Assembly (NCBI RefSeq): GCF_001194135.2
Contig: NC_068989.1
Span: 10,228,094-10,292,093 of the forward strand
Direction of reading: 5' to 3'
Length of the DNA stretch: 64,000 nucleotides
Origin: Octopus bimaculoides
Taxonomy: Eukaryota
The notes below the pieces were generated by a model. It made no database searches and was not told the origin of the DNA. It saw nothing but the letters and a program-made list of their open reading frames with translations. The translations under genes and the position numbers were made by a program. This document shows, one piece after another, positions 36,760-49,580 of this stretch. The number at the start of each line of letters is the position of its first letter. Positions within the stretch are counted from its first letter, which is position 1.

Positions 36760-37291
36760 ATTTTTCCTTACATGTTTGTGCTGTGTGTGCATGTATGTAT
36801 GTGCATGTGTGTGCAGTAAGTGTGTATGTATGACTACGTGAGTGCACTATATATATCTTAATGTGCATACAGTGTGTGAAAACCAGCATATAGGTGCATG
36901 TATGTGCATATACATGTCTATGCATGTCTATGTATATACATATGATTGTGTGTGTGTATGCACACAAGTATATGTGTGTGACTATGTGAGTTCATTATAT
37001 ACTTGTGTGTGCATACAAAGTGTCAGAACGTGCATGTATGTGCATATGCATGTCTGAGTATACACAAGGTTGTGTGTGTGTGTGTGTGTGTGCACATGCA
37101 GTGAGTGTGCGTGTGCACATGCAGTGATTGTTTGTTTGTGTGTGTGTGTGTGCGTGTGTGTGTGTGTGTTTATGACTAGGTGAGTGCACTATATATCTGT
37201 GTGTGCATGCAGTGTCAGAACCGGCATATAAGTGCATGTGTGTACATATGCATCTATACATCTCTATGCATGTCTATGAGTATACATAAGG

Positions 37292-37326
<35 letters not shown>

Positions 37327-37330
37327 AGTG
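36760..37330. repeat. TG/TA-rich compound tract with three degenerate ~150-190-bp higher-order units
   Basis: gact(a/g)..tgagt(g/t)ca(c/t)tatata...cagtgt.agaac...tgcatgtct...gttgtgtgtg recurs at ~36832, ~36981 and ~37173. Confidence 0.75.
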
Positions 37331-38351
37331 CGGCGTGTTGTAAAAACATGAATATTCGTTAAAAAGAAAAGAAAAGCAATACCGCCAAACCTAGACGTAA
37401 AATGAGCATAGATATGTATATCCGAATATTTATAATTATCACTCAGAAGGGGACATCTCTATGTTGAATGTATTAATTTCATTTTGGTAGTTATACTATT
37501 GTACAGAGAAAAACATCTGAGTGATTGCCAGCTTCCCCATCTAAAATTTCAAAAGTGCTTTTTAACACATAAAAACACTGTTCTCTTCCTTTTTAACTCA
37601 ATTCTCAACAATCTATTGGTATTAATAATGCAGTAGAAATTACAGCAGAAAGCTTTCACACAGGCTCACCCAAGTTTTCGTTACAATGTTGGAATTGTAA
37701 GAGAAGAAACTGTAAAATTGTAAATAAGAGCAGAGCTGGTGAGGGAAAGAAGTGGTGGGAGGTAAGAGAAGACATAGTGAAAGAAGGGGGAAGGAGGAGG
37801 AGGTCTGAGATATGAAAGAGATAGGTGAAAAATGATAAGAGTGATGGGTAAAAGAGACTGAAAAAGAGTTGGGGCAGGGTTGAATGTCGGAGAGCGATTA
37901 AAAGCAGGGAAGAGAGTGAAAGTGCGGCAGGGCTGGGGAGAAAAGAGTAGGAGTAGGAGTAAAAGAAGAGACCATGAGAGAGGGGGTTAAGAAGCAAACA
38001 AGCCAAGCAGTGAAGAGAGTGATGGCTCTATCTTAAATTTTAAAAGCAAACAAATGTTTTGAGAAATGAGTTTCAGAGAAATAATCTCATTAAATTTCGA
38101 GAAAAGAACTTTTCATAATTCATAGAATATATTGCTTGACAACATAATTTTGAAATTGCCCCTAACCCTGTGGTTTGTTTGTTAGTTTGGTAAGCTTCAA
38201 TTCCGTGTTTGGCAAAAATGAATTTACATTTTCTATAAAGTGTTTTTGAAACAAAGTTTATGCATTTAATGAGTCTCTGTACAGTCGCTCAACCTGCTAG
38301 AAATAGCAACTGAATCTCCTTCAAATTACATCTTACTTTTTTTGTTTTTAT

Positions 38352-38778
38352 TTTTACTCTTTTACTTGTTTCAGTCATTTGACTGCGGCCATGCTGGAGC
38401 ACCACCTTTAGTCGAGCAAATCGACCCCAGGACTTATTCTTTGTAAGCCTAGTACTTATTCTATCGGTCTCTTTTGCCGAACCGCTAAGTTACGGGGACG
38501 TAAACACACCAGCATCGGTTGTCAAGCAATGCTGGGGGGACAAACACAGACACACAAACATAAACACAGACACACAAACATACTCACACACACACATATA
38601 TATACACATATACGACGGGCTTCTTTCAGTTTCCTTCTACCAAATCCACTCACAAGGCTTTGGGTCGGCCTGAGGTTATAGTAGAAGACACTTGCCCAAG
38701 GTACCACGCATTGCGACTGAACCAAGAACCATGTGGTTGGTAAGCAAGCTACTTACCACACAGCCACTCTTACGCCTA
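38352..38778 (-). mobile_element. Family A SINE, full length
   Basis: Near-identical reverse complement of 56842-57297. Confidence 0.92.
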
Positions 38779-38866
38779 TTTAACTATTTTTTAACTGGGG
38801 TAAAACACAGAAATGGTGGGCTGACATTTTGACAATTTTATAACAAGTGTATTTCATATTCAAATA

Positions 38867-39045
38867 TTATATTTGATGGCAATTTTTCTCTTTAAAAAAT
38901 GTCTCCAAAAATTCACTCCAGATTGTATATATGCAATGTTGGGCATTCCATTAGCTTTAATGCAATAATAACTTTGTTTTCTAAACATGTACTGCTTAAT
39001 TTAGGGAGCATCTAATATAGCCATGCATCTTTTATGCCTTCAAAT
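38867..39045. mobile_element. TA-flanked MITE (Tc1/mariner-like), copy 1
   Basis: Homologous to 42587-42776; the right TIR is degraded. Confidence 0.7.
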
Positions 39046-39924
39046 TCTTCAAAATGATGTCCCAGCATGATCACAATCTAATGACTGAAACAAGTAAAAG
39101 TTATTTTAGTTTTTTTTTTTTGGGGGGGGGGGTCTACAACATTAAGTCAGACTAGGAAAAGTAGCAGAAAAAAGTTATTCTCAAACTAAAAACTTGGCCA
39201 TAGATCTTACTCCATTAGTGGCACCCATGAAGCAGATAGGGAGTGGAGGGGTTAAATCAGACAAAGAATCCTTTTTTTTTCATATACAAAAAGGTCTTTT
39301 TCTCTCTCTATCCCTCTCTCCTGGGAATTCAATTATCAAGGCCAATTTAAGCAACAAAACTTCAAATTTTCGACACTCCAAAGATGCAATAATCACCTAC
39401 AAGAACTAATACAATGTAGACACTACATAATTGCATAGAGTTCCAGAAATAACAGCCAAATTTCCCTCCAAACCACATCTTACTGTCTTCAAAGAAAAAC
39501 AAAAAGACACTGAATTAAGAACTCTAGATAGATTATATGAAACGGAAATTACATAGGATGGTCATGTTTGGAACATACTGATCAAAATTTACTTGTGCCT
39601 AAATAACATCTACAACTAAGATACTATTTTAGCCAAGCCAACCTTTTCAGTAGCTAAATTCTGCTATATCTTGTGGTATTTATATCAGTTAACCAAACAG
39701 CATCTCTTCTTTTGATTTAAAGATTTGACTAGAGGCAGTTTTCACAATATCAATTGCTTTAAATTGACGCTATCAAGTCTAGATTTGCCAGGAAGACATA
39801 TAAGAAGAGCAAACACAATAAATGTTATTTTTAAATCATGTCTTCAATGGGTTAAGATATAGTGGCCATCGCTGGTATTTATTGATGCTGTTAATTCCGT
39901 ACTTAACAACTATGGCTTTAGACG

Positions 39925-40292
39925 CAAACATGGCTGTCAGGTAAAGAAATTCACTTAGTAACTAGATGGTTCTAGGTTCAGTCCCTTTCGGTGGTACTTT
40001 GGGAAAGTGTCTTCTACTGCAGCTCCAGATCACCCAGTGTCTTATGAGTGAAACTGGTAGACAGAAACTATGTGGAAACCCAGTATGTGTGTTTGTGTGT
40101 GTCCCACCTACTAATTGACAAGTGTTGTTGATTTGTTTACTTCATCCTCATAATTTAGCAATTTAGCAAAAGAATCTAATAGAATAAGCACTGATTTTAA
40201 AAATAAGTATTGGGTCAGTTTGTTTGACTAGAACTATTCAAGATGGCACCCCAGCATGGCCACAGTCAAATGACTAAAATAAGTAAAAATTT
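39925..40292 (+). mobile_element. Family A SINE (diverged)
   Basis: gcaaacatggctgtcagg...ggcaccccagcatggccacagtc. Confidence 0.75.
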
Positions 40293-40323
40293 AAAGGCTG
40301 CAAAAAAAGTAAGCAGAAAATTA

Positions 40324-40545
40324 AGGCGGTGAACTAGCAGAAATGTTAGCACGCCAGGTGAAATACTTAGCGGTATTTCGTCTGCCACTACGTTCTGAGT
40401 TCAAATTCCACCGAGGTCGACTTTGCCTTTCACCCTTTCAGGGTCGATAAATAAAGTAACAGTTACGCACTGGGGTCAATGTAATCGACTTAATCCCTTG
40501 TTTGTCCCCTCCATGTTTAGCCCCTTGTGGGCAGTAAAGAATAAG
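40324..40545 (+). mobile_element. Family B SINE, full length
   Basis: aggcggtgaactagcagaaatgttagcacg...ttctgagttcaaattcc...gcctttcaccctttcagggtcgataaat. The central block resembles the Meta-domain of MetaSINEs (from recall, unverified). Confidence 0.85.
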
Positions 40546-40637
40546 AAAATTAATACTTCAATCTATTGTAAGAGAGTCACGTTTAAGTGATGTATTATTT
40601 ACACCTATACTAAAGTCATTTTTTGGGAGGGTTGCCT

Positions 40638-40830
40638 TTAACTCTTTAGCATTTAAACAGGCCAAATCCAGCCAAAATATTCTACCTGTTTTATGTTCAA
40701 ACCAACCAGATCGGTTCTCTCACACCAAGCTTGCAATGTCATTCTAAGCATATACAAGCACGTTATCAAAATCTCAAAGGCATGGCATAATGACCAATTA
40801 ATTCAAAACAATGCTAATAGATAAGAATTA
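40638..40830. mobile_element. piggyBac-like MITE (9328 family), right end lost
   Basis: ttaactctttagcatttaaacaggcc...; followed by a SINE at 40858. Confidence 0.7.
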
Positions 40831-40857
40831 TAATACAATTTAATGTGAATTAATGTG

Positions 40858-41162
40858 AAGGTGCATGGCTCAGTGGTTAAAGCATCGAGCTTACAATCGT
40901 GAGGTAGTGAGTTCAATTCCCGGACCAGGATGTGTGTTGTGTTCTTGAGCAAGACACTTTATTTCACATTGCTCCAGTTCACTCAGCTGTAGAATGCATT
41001 GCAACGTCCCTGGTGCCAAGTTGTATCGGCATTTGCCTTTCCCTTGGATAACATCGGTGGTGTGGAAAGGAGTGGCTGGTACGCATGGGCGACTGCTTGT
41101 CTTCCATAAAACAACTTGCCTGGACTTGTGCCTTGGAGGGGAACTTTCTAGGTTCAATCCCA
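40858..41162 (+). mobile_element. CORE-like tRNA-headed SINE
   Basis: Head ggtgcatggctcagtggttaaagcatcg...gagttcaattcccgg, then cttgagcaagacactttatttcacattgctccagttcactcagctg. Confidence 0.82.
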
Positions 41163-41620
41163 TTATTTAGGTGCATAACTGAAGGGGGTCTTTACTTTAC
41201 TTATTGTGAATGCTAACCTTCTTGTTGCATACAAAATTCCAAATACTATTGGCTGATTTGGAAATTACTACAAATGAGCTATAATACTTGGCATTTTTAT
41301 CTATTTATATACTTTGTCACACAATATTCTCATTATGTACTATTTCCTCATTTGACATATCCGATTAGCAAGAGAAAGAGTAGTGACTACCATTATAGTC
41401 ACACTGCTTACACTCACATTTTTTTCATGTTTCCCTGCTTATAGTCATGCTCCACTTAGAGCAAGCGTTCTTGAAATCTCTCTTTCTCTCTTACCCCTGC
41501 CCCCTCTCAAGAAGGTAAGGTCTTTATATCTATTTTCCTTGATAGCATTAAGGGAGCAATAGGGTTTGAAAATGTATACATTACATAAACAACATTATAT
41601 AATGTATACATTCTATAAAC

Positions 41621-42097
41621 CCTATCCCTCTGGGGCAAGTGAGATCGAAACTGAACCAAATTTGATGACTGGCACCCGTGCCAGTGGAGCACTAACAGCA
41701 CCATCTGAGCAGGATCACACCCAGAGCAGTGGTCTCACTCCCATGCTGGTGGCACATAAAAAGCACCATTGAGCACAATCGTTTCCAGCTTCGCCTTACT
41801 GGCACTTGTGCCGGTGGCATGTGAACAAAACATTGGACTGACTCCTGTGCAGGTGGCACATAAAAAACACCATTTGAGCATGGCCGTTGCCAGTACCGCC
41901 GGACTGGCCCTCGTGCTGGTGGCACGTAAAAAGCACCCACTACACTCTCAGAGTGGTTGGCGTTAGGAAGGACATCCAGCTGTAGAAACTCTGCCAAATC
42001 AGATTGGAGTCTGGTGTAGCCATCTGCTTCGCCAGTTCCCAATCAAATCATCCAACCCATGCTAGCATGGAAAGCAGACGTTAAATGATAATGATGA
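41621..42097 (+). mobile_element. Family C repeat flanked by a 46-bp direct repeat
   Basis: Direct repeat at 41575-41620 and 42102-42147 with one mismatch. Confidence 0.88.
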
Positions 42098-42586
42098 ATG
42101 CTATACATTATATAAACAACATTATATAATGTATACATTCTATAAACATATGTATACATTATATAAACACTCTTTTTACTTACTACACACCGCTCAACAA
42201 TGAAGAATGGCAGGCTGAAACAAATATAACAATATACCTTGCCAAGGTACATAAAATGGCTACAATTGTCTTGAATCTATCATGTCATTCAATGATGGTC
42301 AATTCTTTAACAAAACACATCTATTTGCACCAATTAGTTTAAATTACTAACTGAGGTAGGTAAGAATTACACACTCACCCTTTAGTTAAACCTTTGGAGA
42401 CAAAAACTATTGATGCTTCTCAACTAAAGAAGGCAGAACCATTTTTATGACATATAAAAAGAATAAGGGTGTTATTATTACAAAAAAAAATTCTGCTAAA
42501 AATTTATAAATACCAACAGCTGTGCTTTCTTTCAAATAGACATGACAGGCTGACATTTTGGCACAAGTGTATTTCATATTCAAGTA

Positions 42587-42776
42587 CTATATTTGATGGC
42601 ATATAAAATGCAATCTTTTCCTTAAAAAGTGTCTCAAAAAATCACCCCAGATTATATATGCAAAGTTGGGCTTCCCATAAGCTTTAATACACTAAGAACT
42701 TTGTTTTCTAAATATGTACTGTTTAAATTAGGGAGCATCTAATATGCCCATACATCTTTTATGCTATCAAATACAG
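42587..42776. mobile_element. TA-flanked MITE (Tc1/mariner-like), copy 2, 190 bp
   Basis: ta-ctatatttgatggcatataaaatg ... catcttttatgctatcaaatacag-ta; the 24-bp TIRs match at 20 of 24 positions. A third copy ends at ~63130. Confidence 0.8.
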
Positions 42777-42819
42777 TATATCATCATTATGTTTATTGCC
42801 TACCATACCAGTCATTTTA

Positions 42820-43500
42820 AGGACCATTTCTTAAGTATCTTCTATCTTTAACTTGTATCAGTCATTGCACCGTGGTCATGCTGGGGCACTGCCTTGAACT
42901 GGTTTTTTTTTTTTTTTTAAAGTCTGGTACTTATTCTTACAGCCTCCTCTGCTGAACTACTAGGCTACGAGGATGTAAACAAACCAACACTGGTTATCAA
43001 GCAGTGGGGGAACAAACACACACAGATATATACAAATACACACACACACACATATATATGTGTGGATGATGATGATGATATATATTTATTTATATGACCG
43101 GAAACTTTGGTGATTTGCATGCCATTGTCATGTAACTGGCACCCATGCCGGCGGCACATAAAAGTACCTGTGCCAGTGGCACATAAAAAGCACCTATTAC
43201 ACTCTAGGAGTGGTTGGCATTAGGAAGGGCATCCAGCCATAGAAACCATGGCAAATCAAACTGGAACTTGGTGCAGCTCTCTGGTTTACCAGTTCCAATC
43301 AAACAATCTAACCCATGCCAGCATGGAAAGCGGACACTAAATGATGGAGTTTCCACACGGTTTCCATCAACCAAACTCACTCAAAAGACATTGGGCAACT
43401 TGGGGTTATAGTAGAAGACACTTGCCCAATATACCACACAGTGGAACTGAACCCAAAACTGCATGATTACAAAGTGAGCTTCTTAACCACATAGCCGTGC
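42820..43500 (-). mobile_element. Family A SINE interrupted by a plus-strand family C copy (~43105-43345)
   Basis: Family A 3' half at 42820-43050, family C module with (atg) tail, then family A 5' half at 43345-43500. Confidence 0.7.
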
Positions 43501-46320
43501 CTACACCATGCCATAACAACATCCAATTCTATCCATTCCATCAGGAATGGTTAACTTTTGTGCTAATTCTAGAGGCATTATCAAATCGTGTAAAATGTGA
43601 TAAAAGAGGATTCTTTTGACTTGTGTGAATAAAAGATATTAAAAAAAAACACTAATATTAAAATAGTTATAGCAAGAGACACAGCAATGCAATATTTATT
43701 TCCTTTCCCAGTTAGATTCTGTGGTAAATTTAATCAAATACAGAATAATTCATTTGAAAAGACAATGAAGAATATGATAGAAAAAAAAAAAAATATTATT
43801 TACAACAACAAACTAGCCAAGAAGATCTCCTCCACCACCGCAACCCACCCTTTCAAAAAAAGAAAAAAAACTAATAGTCTTTCAATTAAAATAAGCACAA
43901 AGAAAGAAGGAAATTGCAGACGACAACCATTATCTCAAATACTGAATTGGAAGAATTAGAACAATGAATATATAAGAACCGTGCTCAAAATTACTGCAAC
44001 CCAGGTCATATTATTATTATTATTATTATTATTATTATCATCATTATTATTGTTATTTTAATATTTATTTATTTTTTTAGAATTAACTCGACATTGGTTC
44101 TGAATTCCAATTTTCAGTTTGACAATAAATAGCAGCATAAGAGAAGTAAATATCAATGTAAAAGATAGTTAAATAAACAAAAATAATGAAATTAAAAAAA
44201 AAAAATTAAATTAAATTACAAAAAAACAAAAAAAAAATCTGCTATTGTTTATCACAAGAGAAACAGAGCGAATAAGAAATCATCCAGAAGGTATTACATA
44301 ATGTACAATAGTAACAGTACTTCAACTAAAATATTGGTTATGAATAATAAATAATCATGAAACTAAAATGTATTATCAAAGAAATGAAGACCTATGCCTA
44401 TATTTGGACATGTTTTGTTGTTGTTGCTTTTGAATAGTTTTCTTGAATAATTCATAGCGTTGTTAATCTACAATGGTGATACAATGAACATAAATAGTTC
44501 TCTTCACTGGTTCCAATAAGGAGAAAATTGCTTTTGACTGTTGAGTATCGTGAGACATCTGTACTTAGACTTAGAAGTATTGGTTCTAGTAAGCAGCATC
44601 TCAGTAATTAATACAGCATATGTTGCAGCTAATTTTGTAAATAGCATTCTGGTAGAGAATACTGGTTTTCTTTTTCAGTAAGAATCATATATAAAATTCA
44701 AAGAGATGTTTTCATATTTGATGCAATAAGTTCCAAACGATATTTCTAAAACACACCTCGTTAACCTATGTAGCCCAGTGCACCATACTGATGAACCAGT
44801 CAAGGTATTCAATATAGGCTGAATACAAATTGCTGATTTGCTTATCCAATTGTATGTGAAGCTTACACTTGTTATACAGAAAATAGGGAGCCTTTGTCTG
44901 ATACAGTAAAGTGCAAACAATGCTTGCAGAGCAAAGAAAACAAATTCAATAATCGCATATGTGGCATGTGTGAGGCTAGGGGGGGCATGCATGAGCGTGT
45001 ATGTGACGTGCGATTGTGTGCATGTACATGTGAGTGTGTGTATGTGTGTATCTGTCTGTCTGCTTGTGTCTTTAAGGTTTCATTTCCTCTCACTTGTCAT
45101 ATATAATGAATTTCATTGAACAATTACTATAAAATATGTTACAGAATCAATCAGTGTGCAATATTCATACTAAAAATGTTTCGTAAATAAAAATTAAGAA
45201 ATATAATAAAATGAAATAAAAATTACATATTACAGTATAAATTGCTCTCGTTATTATCTCATTAGTTTCATTACTAGACCAAATTTGTTGTCTATGACTT
45301 CATTCATCCCATCTACTGCAACCAACACGTTCTTTGATCTTAACATTAAATTATTTACGATATGAACCTCAATTCACATTTGCTGAATAGTATCATTCTA
45401 CCAAAGTGTTGACTCTTGTAAACATCACTTGAGTTTTTTTTTTCTTTTTTTTTTTCTTTTTTTTGCTGTTTGTTTTTTTGTTGCCATCATCAAAAGGCTT
45501 TTATTTTTGCCTATTTTGAATAAAAACTATACAGTAATTGTGCCGACTTAATTCATTCACATCACATTATACCACATAACTTCATGATTGCCAAAAGAAG
45601 TTCAAAGAACAAAGAATAACTAAACAAATTGACAACCACGAATGAAAAATAAGGAAAACGAAAACTAAAAGAGATCTCGTTTCATTAAAAATACTATCAA
45701 AAGAAAATATTATTAAGGAACATTTCTGGATATACAAAGAGCGAGGGAAGAATATCTGAAGAGCATTTAAGTTTAATGAGGCAAAGACCATTTACTGAGC
45801 TTTGACATAGACACCTACTAAAATAGGTGTCTTCTGTCAATTCACACTTTTCCACTTAGAAAGGGAATTTTAAAAATGGTGTTTTTAGACAAAAAGAAAT
45901 GTGAAATTTTGAGATGTAGTTACTTAAGTGCATGTATAAAATATTTTGGGGAAAAAATGTTCAAATAACTTATTTTAGAACTTTCACTTCATGTGGAAGA
46001 ATAAAAAGCTTACACTGATAAAACGAAAAACAAAAATCAAGTTCAAAGTGTGTTTGAAAATTTATCATTTGTTATAGGTGTTCCATTTTTGGTGATTTTT
46101 TTTTTTTAATGCATTTGGATATTCTGCTGAACTTTGTCAGGTTAATAAGAACTGACACTAAAATCTACTTTTAAGATTTTCCATTGCCTCAGGAAAATAC
46201 CTAAGCATTTCTCAGCGTTTCCTTTTCATAACATTGTGCAACCCTTGACATTCGGAAGAAAGTTTGTAAAAGAATTCTTATGTCTCAACCTATTAAGGTT
46301 ATCATTTGAATGGGCTAAAG

Positions 46321-46503
46321 CAGCACTTCTTAAACCATGGGTCATGAAGTGAAATGCTGGGGTCATGAAAATTGAATTCAAATACTTGAATTTCAGTTTA
46401 TATGTTATTTCACAAACACACATTTAATACCTGGGATCACAAAAAAATGGAGTTTTTCACCAGAAAAACGGTGTTATGAATGAAAGAAGTTTAAGAAGTG
46501 CTG
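46321..46503. mobile_element. hAT MITE, 183 bp
   Basis: Perfect 15-bp TIRs cagcacttcttaaac / gtttaagaagtgctg; 8-bp TSD ggctaaag / gactaaag (7 of 8). Confidence 0.92.
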
Positions 46504-47059
46504 GACTAAAGCAACAGGCAAATTAACCCGCTTCAGAACAAAAAGGATGTACCTATGCCTTCAAACTATTTTAACAGATGTACAATAATTTCCAAAATTT
46601 AAAGTTTCCACTTGTCAAGTTACCATGTTTCCTCTTTTACATTTCTATAAAAATAAAAACTCGCAACCTCAAAACTACATATGTAAAGATTTAAAACAAA
46701 AAAGAAAATGTAAGTATGATCAGCTTAAGATTGCCAATACACAATAGTAGCAATAGAGCTAAAATGTTGAACTAGAAACTGAAAGGTCTGAATCCTGTCA
46801 TCAACATCCCTATCTTCTTTCCACGGGGTAGCCTTACATCTCCTCAATAGCAAGACACCTGCGCTTGTCTTTCCATTACACTTTAGCATAGAACATCACT
46901 GCCTCCTCCCCTTCTCAAATACTCTCTGCCCATTTAATCAAGGAAGCTTTTCCCCCCTTTTTCCTTTTGCCCCTTTTCCTTTTTTTCTTTTTCTTTCTTC
47001 CTGTTCTTCTCTTATCTTGCAAGTTACTTGGTAACCTCATTAATACTAGTTGTAAAAAA

Positions 47060-47200
47060 AAAAAAAAACCAGTACACCATATAAAGTAGGCGACATTAGA
47101 AAGGGTATCCAGTCATAGAAACCATGCCAAAACTGTCAAACCATCCAAACTATGCCAGCATGGAAAACAGACATTAAATGATGATGATGATGATGAAGAA
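47060..47200 (+). mobile_element. Family C/E 3' fragment (diverged)
   Basis: attagaaagggtatccagtcatagaaacc...tgccagcatggaaaacagacattaa(atg)n. Confidence 0.65.
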
Positions 47201-49197
47201 GAAGAAGATATTACACTGCCATAATTGGATTGTCAATATTAAAAGGGGGTTCCTACTCAATTTTTTTCAGAATCCTTACACCAACACAAACATGAAATTC
47301 GTAAAAATGTACAATACCAACAAGTTAATCTAGAAGCCTATTTGTCTGCATCAGTCTTATAAATGCTTCATGCTCTCTATCTATCTATCTATCGCTATCT
47401 CTCAAGAATAAAAAACCACTACTGTTCAGAACATAAAAGGATAAAATTATTGATAACATGTTGTAATCATGAGTCACATTTTTTTTAGCGCTAATAAGGG
47501 AGAACGCTTTATTCAAAAGACAGTTGTTTGATAAAAAAACAATGCACTGGAGGGGACAAAATAAAACAGAAACAAACAATCTAAAGGGCTGGCATTATTT
47601 AATAAATAAAAACAACCCCCATTAAATAAAACTGCAAACTTAATGTATTCAAGAATTCTTTCACAAGCAAATTACAAACATTTCCTAATTTAAGTGAAAA
47701 CAGACAGCAGGACAATAATTTTGGGGCTAATCAATCACAAACAAGCTGCGCACGTGTTTTCATTTTCTTGGCATTGGTTCGGCTGCAAGGTATATAAAGA
47801 ACTTTGTCCAAGAGAATGTAATGCCTGCAGCAACATATGACTTTCATGACCCATGAAACAAAAACAGGATAATCATTAAAGTCATTATGCATGCAACTGT
47901 AAATGTGAAAATGACAAACAGAGTGAGAAGGAAGCGACAGTAGACGCTTAACATTTACTTAATTCAGGGCTTTATGTCTCTAAGCTAAAATACTGCCAGA
48001 GTCAACATTGCTTTCCATCCATTCTAGTTGACAAAATAGCTGCAGTAAAGTAAAATAAAAAAAAATATTCATATAAATTGCTTTTTTTCTTCTTTCTTTT
48101 TTTTGCAGTTTTTCCCTTTTTTTGTTTGTTTTTTGTTAGGGTTTTTCGGGGTTTTTTCTGTTTTTTGGGGTTTTTGGGGTTTTTTTGTCTTTTATTGTTG
48201 CTTTTGTTTTGGGGGGGGCTTGTTTTTTGTTTTTTTTGGAGGGGGGGGGGCTTGTTTTTTTTTTGTTTGTTTGTTTGTTTTTTTGCTATCCTCCCCATCC
48301 TCTGGATTTAAACTTTAAAAACATCTCATTTTACAAGATTGCTAAAACCGATTTACTTCTTATTTCAATTTGTAAATAAATTTTCCTTGAATTTTCAAAA
48401 ATAAAAGAGATAGAACATTAAAATGTGCAGGTGATGACTCACATACCTGGAGTTTTTCACAGTAATTTCTGGAATGCACAAATGAACAGCTAAATCTAGT
48501 CAAAACAGACCAACAGAACATCACCTGCAAACCAACAGAGACAACTCTCATGTCTCCAAGCTGCACCCATTATGCAATCTGCTAATAATGTGACACAGCA
48601 TGTGGTACATAATAAAATTACTGAGATTCAATTTGACTTAGTTCCAAGAACAAGATATATATCTTATACTTCTTGTGATAGGCTGTGGTGACAAACCACA
48701 ATTTACCATGCAGTAGTCACATTTTCCAAGTTGTTGTTGCTGCTACTGCTGGTGGTGATGTCTGTGGGAAACTAAGTCAGATCCATTCATGTAGATCTAT
48801 GTGTGAAGTTGGTTGACTAGTTATGGTTAATGTGACTTATACTAAGGGCATGTTCACCAAAATTTTAGATCTACAAAACGTGTTGTCCCTAAGTAGTTCA
48901 CTGGATGATTTCACTGTTATGTTGAGCAGATCAGTACTTGTTACATCTTGTTTGTTTTTCTTTTTATCATTAGTAGTGAAGGTCTTGAAATATAATAAAA
49001 ATTCTTCAGTGTAACAATGTTGATTGCCTGTGAAAAGATATTAGCAGGATGAGGATTAGTGATTCTCAAACGTTTTAATATCCAGACCAGACCCAAAACC
49101 TGGATCTTTTTAGTGGATTATAATCTAAAAAAGGTAAAAAAACAAATCATTTAATGTAAAATTATTATATTTATAAAAGGAAGATCATCAAGGGCGT

Positions 49198-49580
49198 AGG
49201 CGTAGGAGTAGCTGTGTGATAAGTAGCTTGCTTACCAACCACATGGTTCCGGGTTCAGTCCCACTGCGTAGCACCTTGAGCAAGTGGCCTCAGGCCAACC
49301 AAATCCTTATGAGTGGATATGGTACACAGAAACTGAAAGAAGCCTGTCGTATATATGCATATATATATATGTATGTGCGTGTGTTTGTGTTTGTCCCCCC
49401 AACATCGCTTGACAACTGATGCTGATGTGTTTACATCCCCGTAACTTAGCGGTTCAGCAAAAGAGACTGATAGAATAAATACTAGGCTTACAAAGAATAA
49501 GTTCTTGGGTCGATTTGCTCGACTAAAGGCGGTGCTCCAGCATGGTCACAGTCAAATGACTGAAACAAGTAAAGAGTAAG
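49198..49580 (+). mobile_element. Family A SINE with a small internal deletion
   Basis: aggcgtaggagtagctgtgtgataagtagcttgc...gtcaaatgactgaaacaagtaaagag. Confidence 0.88.

Noticed and set aside
44757-44897. 141-nt exon-like unit overlapping the 105-aa ORF; includes FGTY just downstream
   Set aside because: It is open only in phase 2, which is incompatible with this phase-0 intron, and the FGTY match to the kinase GNGTYG loop does not extend.
45803-45831. 9-bp hairpin agacaccta-ctaaaa-taggtgtct near 45810-45835 as a terminator
   Set aside because: Intrinsic terminators are bacterial, and an isolated short stem is expected by chance.
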